Assembly (NCBI GenBank): GCA_963836205.1
Contig: CAWIIV010000015.1
Location: 1-64,000, forward strand
DNA: 64,000 nt
Source: an uncultured Acidimicrobiia bacterium
GTDB lineage: Bacteria; Actinomycetota; Acidimicrobiia; Acidimicrobiales; AC-14
Direction of reading: 5' to 3'
Shown: positions 34,220-44,025 of the stretch, piece after piece
Numbering within the stretch: position 1 is the stretch's first letter
Layout of the letters: every line of letters starts with the position of its first letter
Translations under genes and position numbers: made by a program
Notes under the pieces: model-generated
Databases searched by the model: none
Seen by the model: the letters and a program-made list of their open reading frames with translations, nothing else
Told to the model about the DNA's origin: nothing

Positions 34220-34949
34220 CCACGATGCTCGAGCTGCGGCAGGTGTCCAAGACCTACGGCGAGGGCCAGACCGAGGTGCACGCCCTGCGGGAGGTCGACC
34301 TGGCCGTCGCCCGGGGTGAGCTGGTGGCGATCATGGGCCCCAGCGGCTCAGGCAAGAGCAGCCTGCTCACCATCGCCGGCAGCCTGGAGGATGCGACCAG
34401 CGGCGAGGTCGTGGTCGACGGGGCCCGGCTGGAAGGGATGAGCCGCAAGGAGCAAGGCCAGCGCTGCGACGCCGGTCGATCGGCTTCGTGTTCCAGGACT
34501 TCAACCTCCTGTCCGGGCTCACCGCGCTGGAGAACGTGGCCATGCCGTTGGAGCTCGACGGCACCGCCGCCCGTGCGGCCCGCCGGGCAGCCGGGGCCGC
34601 GCTCGACGACCTGGGCCTTTCCGATCGGGCCTCGCACTTCCCCGACGACCTCTCCGGCGGCGAGCGCCAGCGGGTGGCCATCGCCCGGGCCATCGTCGGC
34701 GAGCGCCGGCTGCTGTTGGCCGACGAGCCCACCGGCGCCCTCGACTCGGTCAACAGCGAGTCGGTGATGCGGCTGCTGCGGGACATCACCCGTCGGGGCG
34801 CGGCCGCGGTGGTGGTCACCCACGACGCCCAGCTGGCAGCTTGGGCCGACCGGGTGGTGTTCCTCCGCGACGGACGGGTGGTCGACCAGACCGGCGCCCC
34901 CGCGGGTCCGGAGTCGCTGCTCTCGGCCGGACTCCGACCGCGGCCGTGA
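34216..34949 (+). CDS. ABC transporter ATP-binding protein (LolD/MacB-like), apparent frameshift near 34455-34465
   Basis: Walker A GPSGSGKS in one frame; FQDFNL, LSGGERQR and LLLADEPT in another. Confidence 0.85.
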
Positions 34950-37396
34950 GCATCGACCGGCGAGGCTCAGGCCCCGGACGGCGGGCGGTGCTGCGCTGGG
35001 CGTGGCGGATGTTCCGCAAGGAGTGGCGGCAGCAGCTCCTCGTCCTCAGCCTGGTCACCATGGCCGTGGCCGCGGCCGTGGCCGGGGCCTCGATGGCGGT
35101 CAACGCGGCGTCGCTGAGCCGGGACAAGATGGGGAACGGAGCCGGGCGCATCCAGATCGACGGCCGCGACCCGGCCAAGGCCCAGGCCGACGTGGCCGCC
35201 GCCCGCCAGCGGTTCGGTGTGCTGGAGGTCATCGGGCACACTCCCGTCGCCGTCCCGGGGTCGGCCGAGCCCCTCGACCTCCGGTCCCAGGACCCCGAGG
35301 GCGGGTTGGGTCGTCCCCTGCTGGCCCTGCGGGACGGGCTTTTCCCGCTCACCAGCGGCGAGGTCGCCCTCACCGACGGCGCCGCCGACCGGTTGTCGAC
35401 CGCCATCGGTGAGGTCGTCGAGCTCGGCGGCCGCACCCTGATCGTCGTCGGGAAGGTCGAGAACCCGGCTGACCTGGCCGACGACTTCGCCCTGGTCCCG
35501 CAGGAGGCCGGTGCGCCCGCCGACACGCTCATCCTGCTGCTCGAGTCGGTCGACCGCAACCGCGCCCAGACGGCGGCGCCTCAGGCCGGATCGGCCCCGA
35601 GCTCGCCGTCGTTCCGACTCGAGGTCTTCGGCAACGAGAAGCAGGCGGTCGTGGCCTTCGTGTTGATCGTGGTGACCCTGGCCATGGCCCTGGTGGCCTT
35701 GATCGCAGCCGCCGGCTTCGTGGTCGTCGCCCACCGCCGCCAGCGCCAACTCGGGCTCCTGGCCGCCCTCGGGGCGACGGAGCGGCACCTGCGGCTGGTG
35801 ATGCTGGCCAACGGCGTGATCGTGGGCGTCGCCGCGGCGGTGGTCGGTGGTGCGCTCGGCATCCTCGGGTGGATGGTGGCCGCGCCCGCGGTAGAGGCCG
35901 CCGCCGGGCACCGGATCAACCGGTGGGCCCTGCCCTGGGGGCTGATCGGCGAGTGCCTGGCCCTCGCTGTGGTCGCGGCCGCGGCCGCCGCCTGGTGGCC
36001 GGCCCGGGCCATGTCCCGGGTGCCCGTCATGGCCGCCCTGTCGAGGCGACCGGCCCGCCCCGCTCCGGTGCACCGATCGCTCGTCCTGGCCGTGGGCCTG
36101 CTGGGGCTGGGCGTGGCCGCCATCGTGGCCGCCGACCCCAACGGCGACGTCCGCCCCCTCGTGCTGATCGGCGGACTGGTGACCATGATCATCGGCCTGG
36201 TGTTCGCCGCTCCGGGGGCGATCCGGGCCCTGGGTGCGGTCGCCGGGCGCCTGCCGTTCGGTCCTCGCCTGGCCCTGCGCGACCTCGTCCGCCACCAGGC
36301 CCGGACCGCAGGCGCCCTGGCCGCCATCACCCTCGGCCTCGGCATCGCCGTCTCCATCGTCGTCCTGGCCGAGATCAACGAGTACCGGCCTGACGAGGGC
36401 AACCTTTCGAGCCGGGCACTGCTCGTGCAGGTCGCGGGCGACCAGCACGACTCGCTCGACCCGACCCTCACACCGGCCGCCCGCCGCCAGCTCGACGCCG
36501 ACGCGGCCGCGATCGCGTCCGCCGCCGGCAGCCATGAGGTGGTGGCCCTCGAGGTCGCCCTGAACCCGGCCACGCGCGACGACAACGCGGTCGGGGAACC
36601 GGTCGGCGTCCTCCGCCCGATCAATCGGGGCTACCGCGGTGTCGACCAGCCCTACGTCGCCACACCGGCGCTCCTGGCCCACCTCGGGATCGATCCCGGC
36701 TCGATCGACCCGGCGACGGAGCTCCTCACGTCGCTGCCCGACCACCCGGGACCGCTGCTCCTCGTCGACATGAGCGTCCGCCCCGAAGGCAGGGAGCGCC
36801 ACACCGCCGTCCAGGAGGTGGACCTGTCCGACTACTCGTCCACCCCCCGGTCGCTGATCACCGAGCACGCCATGGAGGAGCACGGCTGGGTCACGGCCCC
36901 GGCCGGGTGGCTGGTGGAGTCCGCCACCCCCTTCACACCGGCGCAGGTCAGTGCCGCCCGCGAGGCCGCGGCCGGGGCCGGCTTCACCGTCGAAGCCCGT
37001 TCGGCCCAGGACGAGCTGGCGGCGCTGCGCACGGGGAGCACGGTCGTCGGTGCCCTGCTAGCCCTGGCCATCGTGGGCATGGCCATCGGGCTCCTCCGAG
37101 GGGAGGCCGCGGCCGACCTCCGCACGCTGACCGCCACCGGCGCAACCTCCCGCACCCGGCGGGCGCTGACGGCGAGCACCGCCGGTGCGTTGGCGCTGCT
37201 GGGGGCGGTGCTCAGCATCGCCGGGGCCTATGCGACCGTCGTGGCCGCCTATCACGGCCAGCTCGACCGCCTGCTGCCCCTGCCCCTCGGCCACCTGCTG
37301 CTGCTGGCCGTCGGCCTGCCCGCGGTGGCCGCGGGAGGGGGCTGGCTCCTCGCCGGTCGGGAGCCGCAGGCCTTCGCCCGACAGGCGTCGGACTGA
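34946..37396 (+). CDS. FtsX/MacB-family ABC permease
   Basis: RRQRQLGLLAALGAT and LRTLTATGAT motifs; two TM bundles; GTGA coupling. Confidence 0.88.
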   Translation: MSIDRRGSGPGRRAVLRWAWRMFRKEWRQQLLVLSLVTMAVAAAVAGASMAVNAASLSRDKMGNGAGRIQIDGRDPAKAQADVAAARQRFGVLEVIGHTPVAVPGSAEPLDLRSQDPEGGLGRPLLALRDGLFPLTSGEVALTDGAADRLSTAIGEVVELGGRTLIVVGKVENPADLADDFALVPQEAGAPADTLILLLESVDRNRAQTAAPQAGSAPSSPSFRLEVFGNEKQAVVAFVLIVVTLAMALVALIAAAGFVVVAHRRQRQLGLLAALGATERHLRLVMLANGVIVGVAAAVVGGALGILGWMVAAPAVEAAAGHRINRWALPWGLIGECLALAVVAAAAAAWWPARAMSRVPVMAALSRRPARPAPVHRSLVLAVGLLGLGVAAIVAADPNGDVRPLVLIGGLVTMIIGLVFAAPGAIRALGAVAGRLPFGPRLALRDLVRHQARTAGALAAITLGLGIAVSIVVLAEINEYRPDEGNLSSRALLVQVAGDQHDSLDPTLTPAARRQLDADAAAIASAAGSHEVVALEVALNPATRDDNAVGEPVGVLRPINRGYRGVDQPYVATPALLAHLGIDPGSIDPATELLTSLPDHPGPLLLVDMSVRPEGRERHTAVQEVDLSDYSSTPRSLITEHAMEEHGWVTAPAGWLVESATPFTPAQVSAAREAAAGAGFTVEARSAQDELAALRTGSTVVGALLALAIVGMAIGLLRGEAAADLRTLTATGATSRTRRALTASTAGALALLGAVLSIAGAYATVVAAYHGQLDRLLPLPLGHLLLLAVGLPAVAAGGGWLLAGREPQAFARQASD

Positions 37397-37530
37397 CCTG
37401 GGCTCCACCTGGAGTCCGAGGATGCGGTGCGGGCGGCGCCTCTCGAGGGGCCCAGCAAGGCTTGTGCCGCGTCACAATCGGAGCGAAACTGGCAATTCCG
37501 GGGGACACCCCGCACGGCGAGAGGGATGAA

Positions 37531-39267
37531 ATGACGGCGGACGGCGGATCGATTGGAAACTGGCTTTGGCGTGCCGCGACGGCGCTCCTCGTACGAAACG
37601 TCATCACAGGACTCGTGTGCCTGGGCGTGCTCCTCCTGCCAGCGACGACCAGCGTCGCTCAGGCTCCGTTGCCGCCAGGTGGGCCGATGGCGCCAGGGGT
37701 CAAGGCCGGCCCCAGTCCGGCGGTCACCCCCACCGCAGCCCAGCAGCAGAGCGCAGCGAACACCGTGATCGGGTTCGACGACCTTCCACAGGACGGGCCG
37801 GTGGGAGTCGTGATCTCCAGCCAGTACCCATCGGTGACGTTCTCGTCCACCCCCGGGAGCGTCAACTATGTATCGACCCAGCCGGAGTACCAGGCGTCGC
37901 CGCCCAACTTCCTCTGCAGCGGGCCCGCCTCGCCCCGCACAATCAACTGCCAGGACGAGACGATTCTCGACTTCACCAGTCCGGCGAGCGGCCTGACCTT
38001 CAAGGGAGTCGGGATCAACGACACCGGTCAGGTCGCCAGCGTCGATGTGTTCCAGGGCGGCACGCTGGCCGCGACGGTGCCGGTGATCGGCCACGCCACC
38101 CTCTACGACGCCGAGCTACAGGACCTCACGGCCTTCGGTGGAGTAACTCGCATTCGCATCCACAACATCACCGACGGGGCTGGGATTGGGTGGGACGACT
38201 TTGCCTTCAACGCCAGCGGCTGCGAGGTGCAAGTCGACGGCCTGGCCGAGCGCGACAATCCGTGCAACGCCGTTCCCAATACCAAGCCGACGCCCGCCAA
38301 GCGCCTGTACGTCTCCGTCGAGAGCAGCGGCCGCGTCCAGCTCCAGCTCAAGACCTCCTCCATGAGTGGTGACTCCGTGTGGGGGCTCAAGGACGGCACG
38401 AGCCTTCTCCCCGAATCCGGGCGGATCCAGGCAGGCGGCATCACCAACGTCGACTTCACGCCGACCCGGAGCCTCGGCCTCTACACCCTGGCCGTCGGCT
38501 GCGACGAGAATGGCGACGGCCGACTCCAGGCCAGCGAGATCGATCCCTCGCTCGACGCCAATGCCCATCCATTCACGATCCAGGCCATTACCGCGGCGGA
38601 CTACGCCTCGGCTCGGTTCTTCCTCGGAGTCGCAGCGAACGTCCCCGGATCGATCTCGGCGAAGCTGCTCCGTGCCTTCCTCGACGGGGTGGCACCGGCA
38701 GGGAGCAGCCCGAACGGCACGGTGCCGGTGGCAGCGGCGAGGCGAGATCTGACCCATGTCGCCGGTGAGCATTTCGGTGCCGGGTGTATCGCAACTGCGA
38801 GACGGTTCACGTTCTACGAGAACTCCGACGTCTCCCGCGGCGTGGAGGTGTCGCAGGGCTTCAGCGGCGCCCTGCGATCCTTCGTCCGTGGCAAGAAAGC
38901 CGAGGTCCAGGCCTACTTCCAGATGTCGTTCCTTCCGGTGTCGACGTTCACCTGGTCGTGGAACGGGACAGTTGGTTTCGGTGCATTGGAACCCGATCTG
39001 CTGCTGGCGTTCGGGACCGCGACGATGACGGCCACCGTGACTGCCGTCGTCCGCCGCGACCTGACCGTCCAGCGAGTGGTCACCACCGGCGCGCTGACCG
39101 ACATCTACGACTTCAACTTCGAGGGAAGCCCCGGGCCGCTCGTGCAGAGGGCGGCGACCGTCGAGATCGGGTGGAACGCCACACCGGCCAACACGGCCGG
39201 GCGGATCTTCGTGCCTCAGGTCCGGCTGGCGAGCAACCGCGTCGACATGGCGGACGCGCTCCGGTAG
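37531..39267 (+). CDS. Secreted multidomain protein (beta-sandwich N-domain, Ca-binding loop, C-terminal DxYDF domain)
   Basis: Signal peptide ending AQA; IGFDDL...IGWDDFAF domain; DENGDGRLQASE; TDIYDFN. Confidence 0.75.
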   Translation: MTADGGSIGNWLWRAATALLVRNVITGLVCLGVLLLPATTSVAQAPLPPGGPMAPGVKAGPSPAVTPTAAQQQSAANTVIGFDDLPQDGPVGVVISSQYPSVTFSSTPGSVNYVSTQPEYQASPPNFLCSGPASPRTINCQDETILDFTSPASGLTFKGVGINDTGQVASVDVFQGGTLAATVPVIGHATLYDAELQDLTAFGGVTRIRIHNITDGAGIGWDDFAFNASGCEVQVDGLAERDNPCNAVPNTKPTPAKRLYVSVESSGRVQLQLKTSSMSGDSVWGLKDGTSLLPESGRIQAGGITNVDFTPTRSLGLYTLAVGCDENGDGRLQASEIDPSLDANAHPFTIQAITAADYASARFFLGVAANVPGSISAKLLRAFLDGVAPAGSSPNGTVPVAAARRDLTHVAGEHFGAGCIATARRFTFYENSDVSRGVEVSQGFSGALRSFVRGKKAEVQAYFQMSFLPVSTFTWSWNGTVGFGALEPDLLLAFGTATMTATVTAVVRRDLTVQRVVTTGALTDIYDFNFEGSPGPLVQRAATVEIGWNATPANTAGRIFVPQVRLASNRVDMADALR

Positions 39268-39289
39268 CGCTGAGCGCTGGTAACTGCCC

Positions 39290-39580
39290 ATGCTGAAGGG
39301 CGGCGTCCTAGAGGTGACCGACCGCCGGATCCTGGAACACGAGTGCGTCGGGACCGTCGAGGCCATCGGGGCCGAGGTGGAGACGGCGAAGGTCGGCGAC
39401 CGGGCGTTCGACTCCCGACGAACCGGCCCGCGTCGAGCTGCTGGCTCCGACGAGGCCGGGCAGGGACGCAATGTCGTCCATTTCGCCGCCAGGCGGGACC
39501 AGGCCGAGGAGGCCTACGACGTGTTCGCCCGCGCCGCCGAGACCGGCGCCCTCAAGGTCGTGCTCGCCGGGCCTGAGCCC
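39290..39580 (+). pseudogene. Internally deleted remnant of a Zn-dependent alcohol dehydrogenase
   Basis: N-terminal piece RILEHECVGTVEAIG.EV...KVGDR (degenerate GHE) joined to C-terminal piece EAYDVFARAAETGALKVVL; core missing. Confidence 0.7.
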
Positions 39581-39644
39581 GAGGCGGCGTCCGGGGCGAT
39601 CATCGACGTGGGCCAGACTGGGCGTCGAGGCAAGGAGAGCCGCC

Positions 39645-40135
39645 ATGGAGATCGTTCGCAACGCGGATGGCACCCTCGTCGTTCCGGTGAGAGTGGAACG
39701 GCAGCACGATGTCGAGGAGGGTGACGGCGCGTCGTCCGTTGGCGGCGAGGGAGAGGCGACACGCAGATCGATGCTCCGCCCCAGACCCGGGTGATCCATC
39801 CCGGCGAAGGTGGGTACGACGAGGCCCTGGCCGAGTGGGACCTCCAGCAGAACCCCGACCGCGCGCCGGTGGTCTCGACGGCATCCGGTCGGGAGCAGGC
39901 CATGGCGATCGTGCACGCGGTGGCCACGTCGCCCGACCATTCGGTCGCGGCGGCGGTGGAGGCGGTCGATGATCCCGAGGCCAGCGGCGAGGCCTTGCGC
40001 CACGTTCTCGTCGGCGGCGTGCACTCGGTGGAGGACTTCGCGGCCGAGGTCGCGAAGGCCGAGGGCGGCGACCCGCTTCCGGCGCACCAGACGACGAAGA
40101 TCATCGGTGAGGTGCTCTCCGAGCTCGATTCCTGA
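39645..40135 (+). CDS. Hypothetical protein, probable frameshift near 39770-39790
   Basis: SD AAGGAG + MEIVRNADGTLVVP; continues in another frame as VIHPGEGGYDEALAEWD. Confidence 0.55.
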
Positions 40136-40190
40136 CAGGCTGGCGGCCTGGCGTCGGGCGCGTCGGCCAGACTGGGGCCGCGTGGGGGCG

Positions 40191-41897
40191 ATGAGATGCG
40201 GGCCGCGCCTTCCGGCCGGGCGGCGCGAAGAGACGGCCGGGGGCCGAGACCGGTCGCATGGCACCCGGCTGGTGGCGGCGATGGCCGTCTGCGTCCTGGT
40301 GGTCGGAGTGGCCGGGCTGGTGGGTTGCGTGCGGGCGCCGTCGGCGTGGGCCCACGCCGGCCTGCGGGACTCCGAACCCGCAGCCGGGGCCGTTCTCGAC
40401 GTCGCCCCGTCGACGATTCGGCTCACCTTCGTCGAGGAACCCGTACCGTCGCTGGCCGTGATCCGGGTGCTCGGGGCGGGAGGCACCTCGTATGCCACCG
40501 GTCCCCCGCTGCCGCTCCCTGGCGTGGAGTGGACGTTGGCCGTGCCCGTGCACCTGCCCGACCGCCGGGTGTACACCGTCACCTGGCACGTCGTGTCGGC
40601 CGTCGACGGGCACCCGAGCTCCGGTTCCTTCGCCTTCGGCGTCGGCGTGCCCGCGCCCCAGGGGGCAGCCGCCGCCAGCTCGTCCTCGTCGACCTTCGAC
40701 CTGTCGCCGCTGGGGGTGCTCGCCAGGTGGTTCTTCGCCCTCGGGCTGATCGCCGTTCTGGGGGCGTCGACAGCCCGCCTCCTAGGCTTCGCAGGAACGG
40801 GACCGGCGGCTTCGGCCCTGGGCGGCGCCGGCCTGACGGCGGCGTGGATCGGCCTGGTCCTGCTGGCCGAGGCCCAACGGCGGGCGGCGGCGGCGTCGTG
40901 GGGCGACCTGTTCGACACGTCGATCGGCGACGCCCTCGCCCGGCGGGGTGTGGCCCTAGGCGTGGTCCTGCTCGGGCTCCTGCTGGCGCGGTCGTCCCGG
41001 CCTGTGCTCGCCCGCCGAGGAGCGTGGGTCGTGGTGGCGGGGGCCTGCGCCGCCTTTGCCGTGCATGTCGCCGCCGGCCATGCCGGTGCCCAGGACGACC
41101 TCCGGTTGGCGAACGTGGCCACCCAGTGGGCCCATGTCGTCGCGGTGAGCGTGTGGGCCGGCGGTCTCGCAGCCCTGTTGCTCGGCGTCCGAGGCGCTCC
41201 CTCCCCGGACCGGGCGGACTCGGTGCGCCGCTTCTCGCGGATGGCCGCGCCGGCGCTGGCCGTCGTCCTCGTGACGGGGGTCCTGCGGGCGCTCGACACG
41301 GTCCCCGCCTGGGGCGACCTGGCGTCGACCGGCTACGGGCGGGCGGTGGTGGCGAAGTTGCTGCTGTTCGGGGGGATCGTCGGGCTGGCCTGGACCAACC
41401 GCCGGCGGGCCGTGCCGGTCGCGGCCACGACCCTGCGCCTGCTTCGCCGCCTCGCGGGCGGTGAACTGGCGCTGGCCGTCGCCGCCCTCGGTGCGGCCGC
41501 CCTCCTGTCCAGCCTCCCGCCACCGTCGGCGCTGGCCGAGGTCGAGCGTCCGGGCCTGACCGCCAGCGGCACCGATGCCGCGTTGACCGTGCAGGTCCGG
41601 CTGACCGTGGCCACTGCCGTCCCCGGACCCAACCGCTTCACCGTTCGCGTCACCGACTACCGGACGGGGCGGCCCATCGTCCCCGATCATGTGTCGCTGC
41701 GATTCACGGCCCTCGACGACCCGTCGGTCCCGCCGACGGCCCTCACCCTCAAACCGGGCTCGGACAAGACCTTCGAGGCCGCCGGGAACAACCTGTCGGT
41801 CGGCGGTCGCTGGGCCGTCACCGCGGCCGTGGATCGGGGGCGGGAGGTGGCGTCGGTCCGCCTCGACGTCGAGATGAGGCGGGCGCCGCCGGCGTAG
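40191..41897 (+). CDS. CopC-CopD fused copper-uptake/resistance protein with C-terminal Ig-like domain
   Basis: AWA|HAGL..SEP, WHVVSAVDGH (CopC); AGHA, HVVAVSVWAGGL, RRFS, TGYG (CopD). Confidence 0.88.
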   Translation: MRCGPRLPAGRREETAGGRDRSHGTRLVAAMAVCVLVVGVAGLVGCVRAPSAWAHAGLRDSEPAAGAVLDVAPSTIRLTFVEEPVPSLAVIRVLGAGGTSYATGPPLPLPGVEWTLAVPVHLPDRRVYTVTWHVVSAVDGHPSSGSFAFGVGVPAPQGAAAASSSSSTFDLSPLGVLARWFFALGLIAVLGASTARLLGFAGTGPAASALGGAGLTAAWIGLVLLAEAQRRAAAASWGDLFDTSIGDALARRGVALGVVLLGLLLARSSRPVLARRGAWVVVAGACAAFAVHVAAGHAGAQDDLRLANVATQWAHVVAVSVWAGGLAALLLGVRGAPSPDRADSVRRFSRMAAPALAVVLVTGVLRALDTVPAWGDLASTGYGRAVVAKLLLFGGIVGLAWTNRRRAVPVAATTLRLLRRLAGGELALAVAALGAAALLSSLPPPSALAEVERPGLTASGTDAALTVQVRLTVATAVPGPNRFTVRVTDYRTGRPIVPDHVSLRFTALDDPSVPPTALTLKPGSDKTFEAAGNNLSVGGRWAVTAAVDRGREVASVRLDVEMRRAPPA

Positions 41898-43101
41898 GAG
41901 TTGGACGGCGCAGGCAGGCCCACACCACGCCGGTGAGGGCGACGGCGGTGCCCGCGACCAGAGCGGTGACCACGCGGCGGAGCGGGTCGCCCGGGATAGA
42001 CACCACCGCCACCGACGCCGTCGCGCCCGCGAGCCAGGCCGCGGCCGCGGCCCGGACCCGGCCGGCACCGGCCAACGCCGAGGTGGCGGTGAGGGCGCCC
42101 AGGTAGGCGGCGGTGGCGACCGCCAGGAGGGCCAAGATGCCCGCCCCCAGTCGGGGGCCCGTGCCGGTGAGCACGTCGAGGACCGGGTCGCCCGCGATCA
42201 CGGCCACGATTGTTCCCACGGCGGCGGCGACCGCGACCCCGACCACGACCGCCCGTCCGACGGCGACCAAGGCCGGGGCCGGTGCCGAAGTCGTCGACGG
42301 GGCGGGGACGACGGCGGCCGCCACGGCCGGGGCGACCGCGGCGAGGACGCCCTTCCAGGCCAGGGCCGGTGCGCGGGCGAGGACGACGGCCATGGCGAGG
42401 CGGGCGGTGCGGGGGTCCCCCGCCGGCGCCAGCAGCTCGAAGACGGCAGGGGAGGTGAGGAACAGGCCTTGCGACAGCAGGCCGGCTCCGGTCAGGGTCC
42501 TGATGCGCGCCGCCGCGCCCGGGGGACCGGCGGCCCCGGATGCGATCCCCTCCCCCGCCATGGCCGTCGCCACCACCGCGGCGAGGGCGACGGCCGCGGC
42601 CAGGGCCACCGCCGACGCCCCGACGTCGTGAGTCACCACCGCGGTCCCGCCCACCAGGACCAGCCGGGCCAAACCCTCCACCGCCACCGACGTCGCCAGC
42701 ACCCGTGACCGGCGCTCCCCCGCCAGTCGTCCCCAGGCCAGGTGGAGGGGGCCGTAGGCGGCGGCGACGGCGGCCAGGGTGAGGGGAACGGCGACGCTCC
42801 CGCGGAAGACCTCGTCCCGGACGGCGACGCCGGCGACGGCTACCACCAGCGCCGCCAGGGCCGCCCGCCGGATGACGACCCGGGCAACCGCCGATGTCGC
42901 CTCGCCCCGGGCCGCGCCCCGGGCCGCCTCCAGCTCGACCGCAGACCACAGGCCCGGCCCCACCACCACAGCCAGGGCCCATGCCACCGCCAGGGGACCC
43001 GCCCGCTCCCCGCCGAGGGATCGGGTGGCGATGGCGAGGCCGGCCACCGAGGCCGCGCCCGACAGGAGGGCGCCCCCGGCCACCACCCCGACCGACGCCA
43101 T
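41818..43101 (-). CDS. Polytopic membrane protein, possible Wzx/MATE-like glycan flippase
   Basis: About 10-12 hydrophobic segments; adjacent to glycosylation genes; 3' end overlaps the convergent copC/D gene. Confidence 0.55.
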   Translation of the reverse strand: MASVGVVAGGALLSGAASVAGLAIATRSLGGERAGPLAVAWALAVVVGPGLWSAVELEAARGAARGEATSAVARVVIRRAALAALVVAVAGVAVRDEVFRGSVAVPLTLAAVAAAYGPLHLAWGRLAGERRSRVLATSVAVEGLARLVLVGGTAVVTHDVGASAVALAAAVALAAVVATAMAGEGIASGAAGPPGAAARIRTLTGAGLLSQGLFLTSPAVFELLAPAGDPRTARLAMAVVLARAPALAWKGVLAAVAPAVAAAVVPAPSTTSAPAPALVAVGRAVVVGVAVAAAVGTIVAVIAGDPVLDVLTGTGPRLGAGILALLAVATAAYLGALTATSALAGAGRVRAAAAAWLAGATASVAVVSIPGDPLRRVVTALVAGTAVALTGVVWACLRRPTPTPAAPASSRRRGGPTPPPAPDPRPR

Positions 43102-43230
43102 CCGATCTTGCACCGCGCCACCGTGGCCGCACCACGTGGAGGCGCGCCAGCGGGAGGATGGACGAGGCCGCCGCCGCACCCCGACCGCCCGCCTGTTGGC
43201 GCGCCGAACCGCCTTTGTTAGCTTCTCCTA

Positions 43231-44025
43231 ATCGAACTCTTCGCCTTCACCACAGACCCCGGCCTGGCCCGTCGAATCGTCGATGCCGGGGCCGCGGGCG
43301 TGGTCCTCGACTGGGAGCGGCGAGGCAAGCGCCGACGCCAGGCCGGGTCCGACACCCAGATCAACGCCGACACCCCCGACGACCTGGCCGCGGTGCGCGC
43401 CGCCACCGGCGGCCGGGTGGTGTGCCGGGTCAACGGGTGGGACCGGTGGACGCCGGGCGAGATCGACCTGGCCGTGGCGCTCGGTGCCGACGAGGTCCTG
43501 CTGCCCATGGTGAGGCGGACGGAGGACGTCGACGCCGCCATCGACCACGTCGGCGGGCGTTGCGGCCTGGGCATCCTGATCGAGACCACCGACGCCGTGC
43601 GCCGGGCCGACGAGCTGTTGCGCCGGCGGTTGGCCCGGGTCTACGTCGGCATGAACGACCTCATGATCGACCGGGGCGGCGGACCCCTCTTCGCCGCCCT
43701 CGTCGACGGCACCGTCGACCGGCTGGCCGAGCTGGCCGCGGCCGCCGGCATCCCCTTCGGCGTGGCCGGCCTGACCGTCCCCGAAGGCGGCGACCCGGTG
43801 CCGTGCCCGCTCCTGGCCGGCGAACTGGCCCGCCTGGGGGCGTCGTTCACGTTCCTGCGCCGCTCCTTCCACGCCGACACCGCCGGGCGCGACCTCGACG
43901 TGGAGGTCCCCCGCATCCTGGCCATGATGAACGAGGCCCACCGGCGCGACCCCGTAGAAACAGCCGCCGATCGGGCCCTACTGGAGGCGGCGGTGGGCGC
44001 CCAGTTCGAGGTCGCAGCGGTGTGA
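43231..44025 (+). CDS. HpcH/HpaI aldolase/citrate-lyase-like TIM-barrel protein (start uncertain; probably ATC at 43231)
   Basis: LDWERRGK..RQ, LLPM, ILIET, YVGMNDL; coding pattern extends to 43231 with no ATG/GTG/TTG before 43300. Confidence 0.7.
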   Translation: MELFAFTTDPGLARRIVDAGAAGVVLDWERRGKRRRQAGSDTQINADTPDDLAAVRAATGGRVVCRVNGWDRWTPGEIDLAVALGADEVLLPMVRRTEDVDAAIDHVGGRCGLGILIETTDAVRRADELLRRRLARVYVGMNDLMIDRGGGPLFAALVDGTVDRLAELAAAAGIPFGVAGLTVPEGGDPVPCPLLAGELARLGASFTFLRRSFHADTAGRDLDVEVPRILAMMNEAHRRDPVETAADRALLEAAVGAQFEVAAV

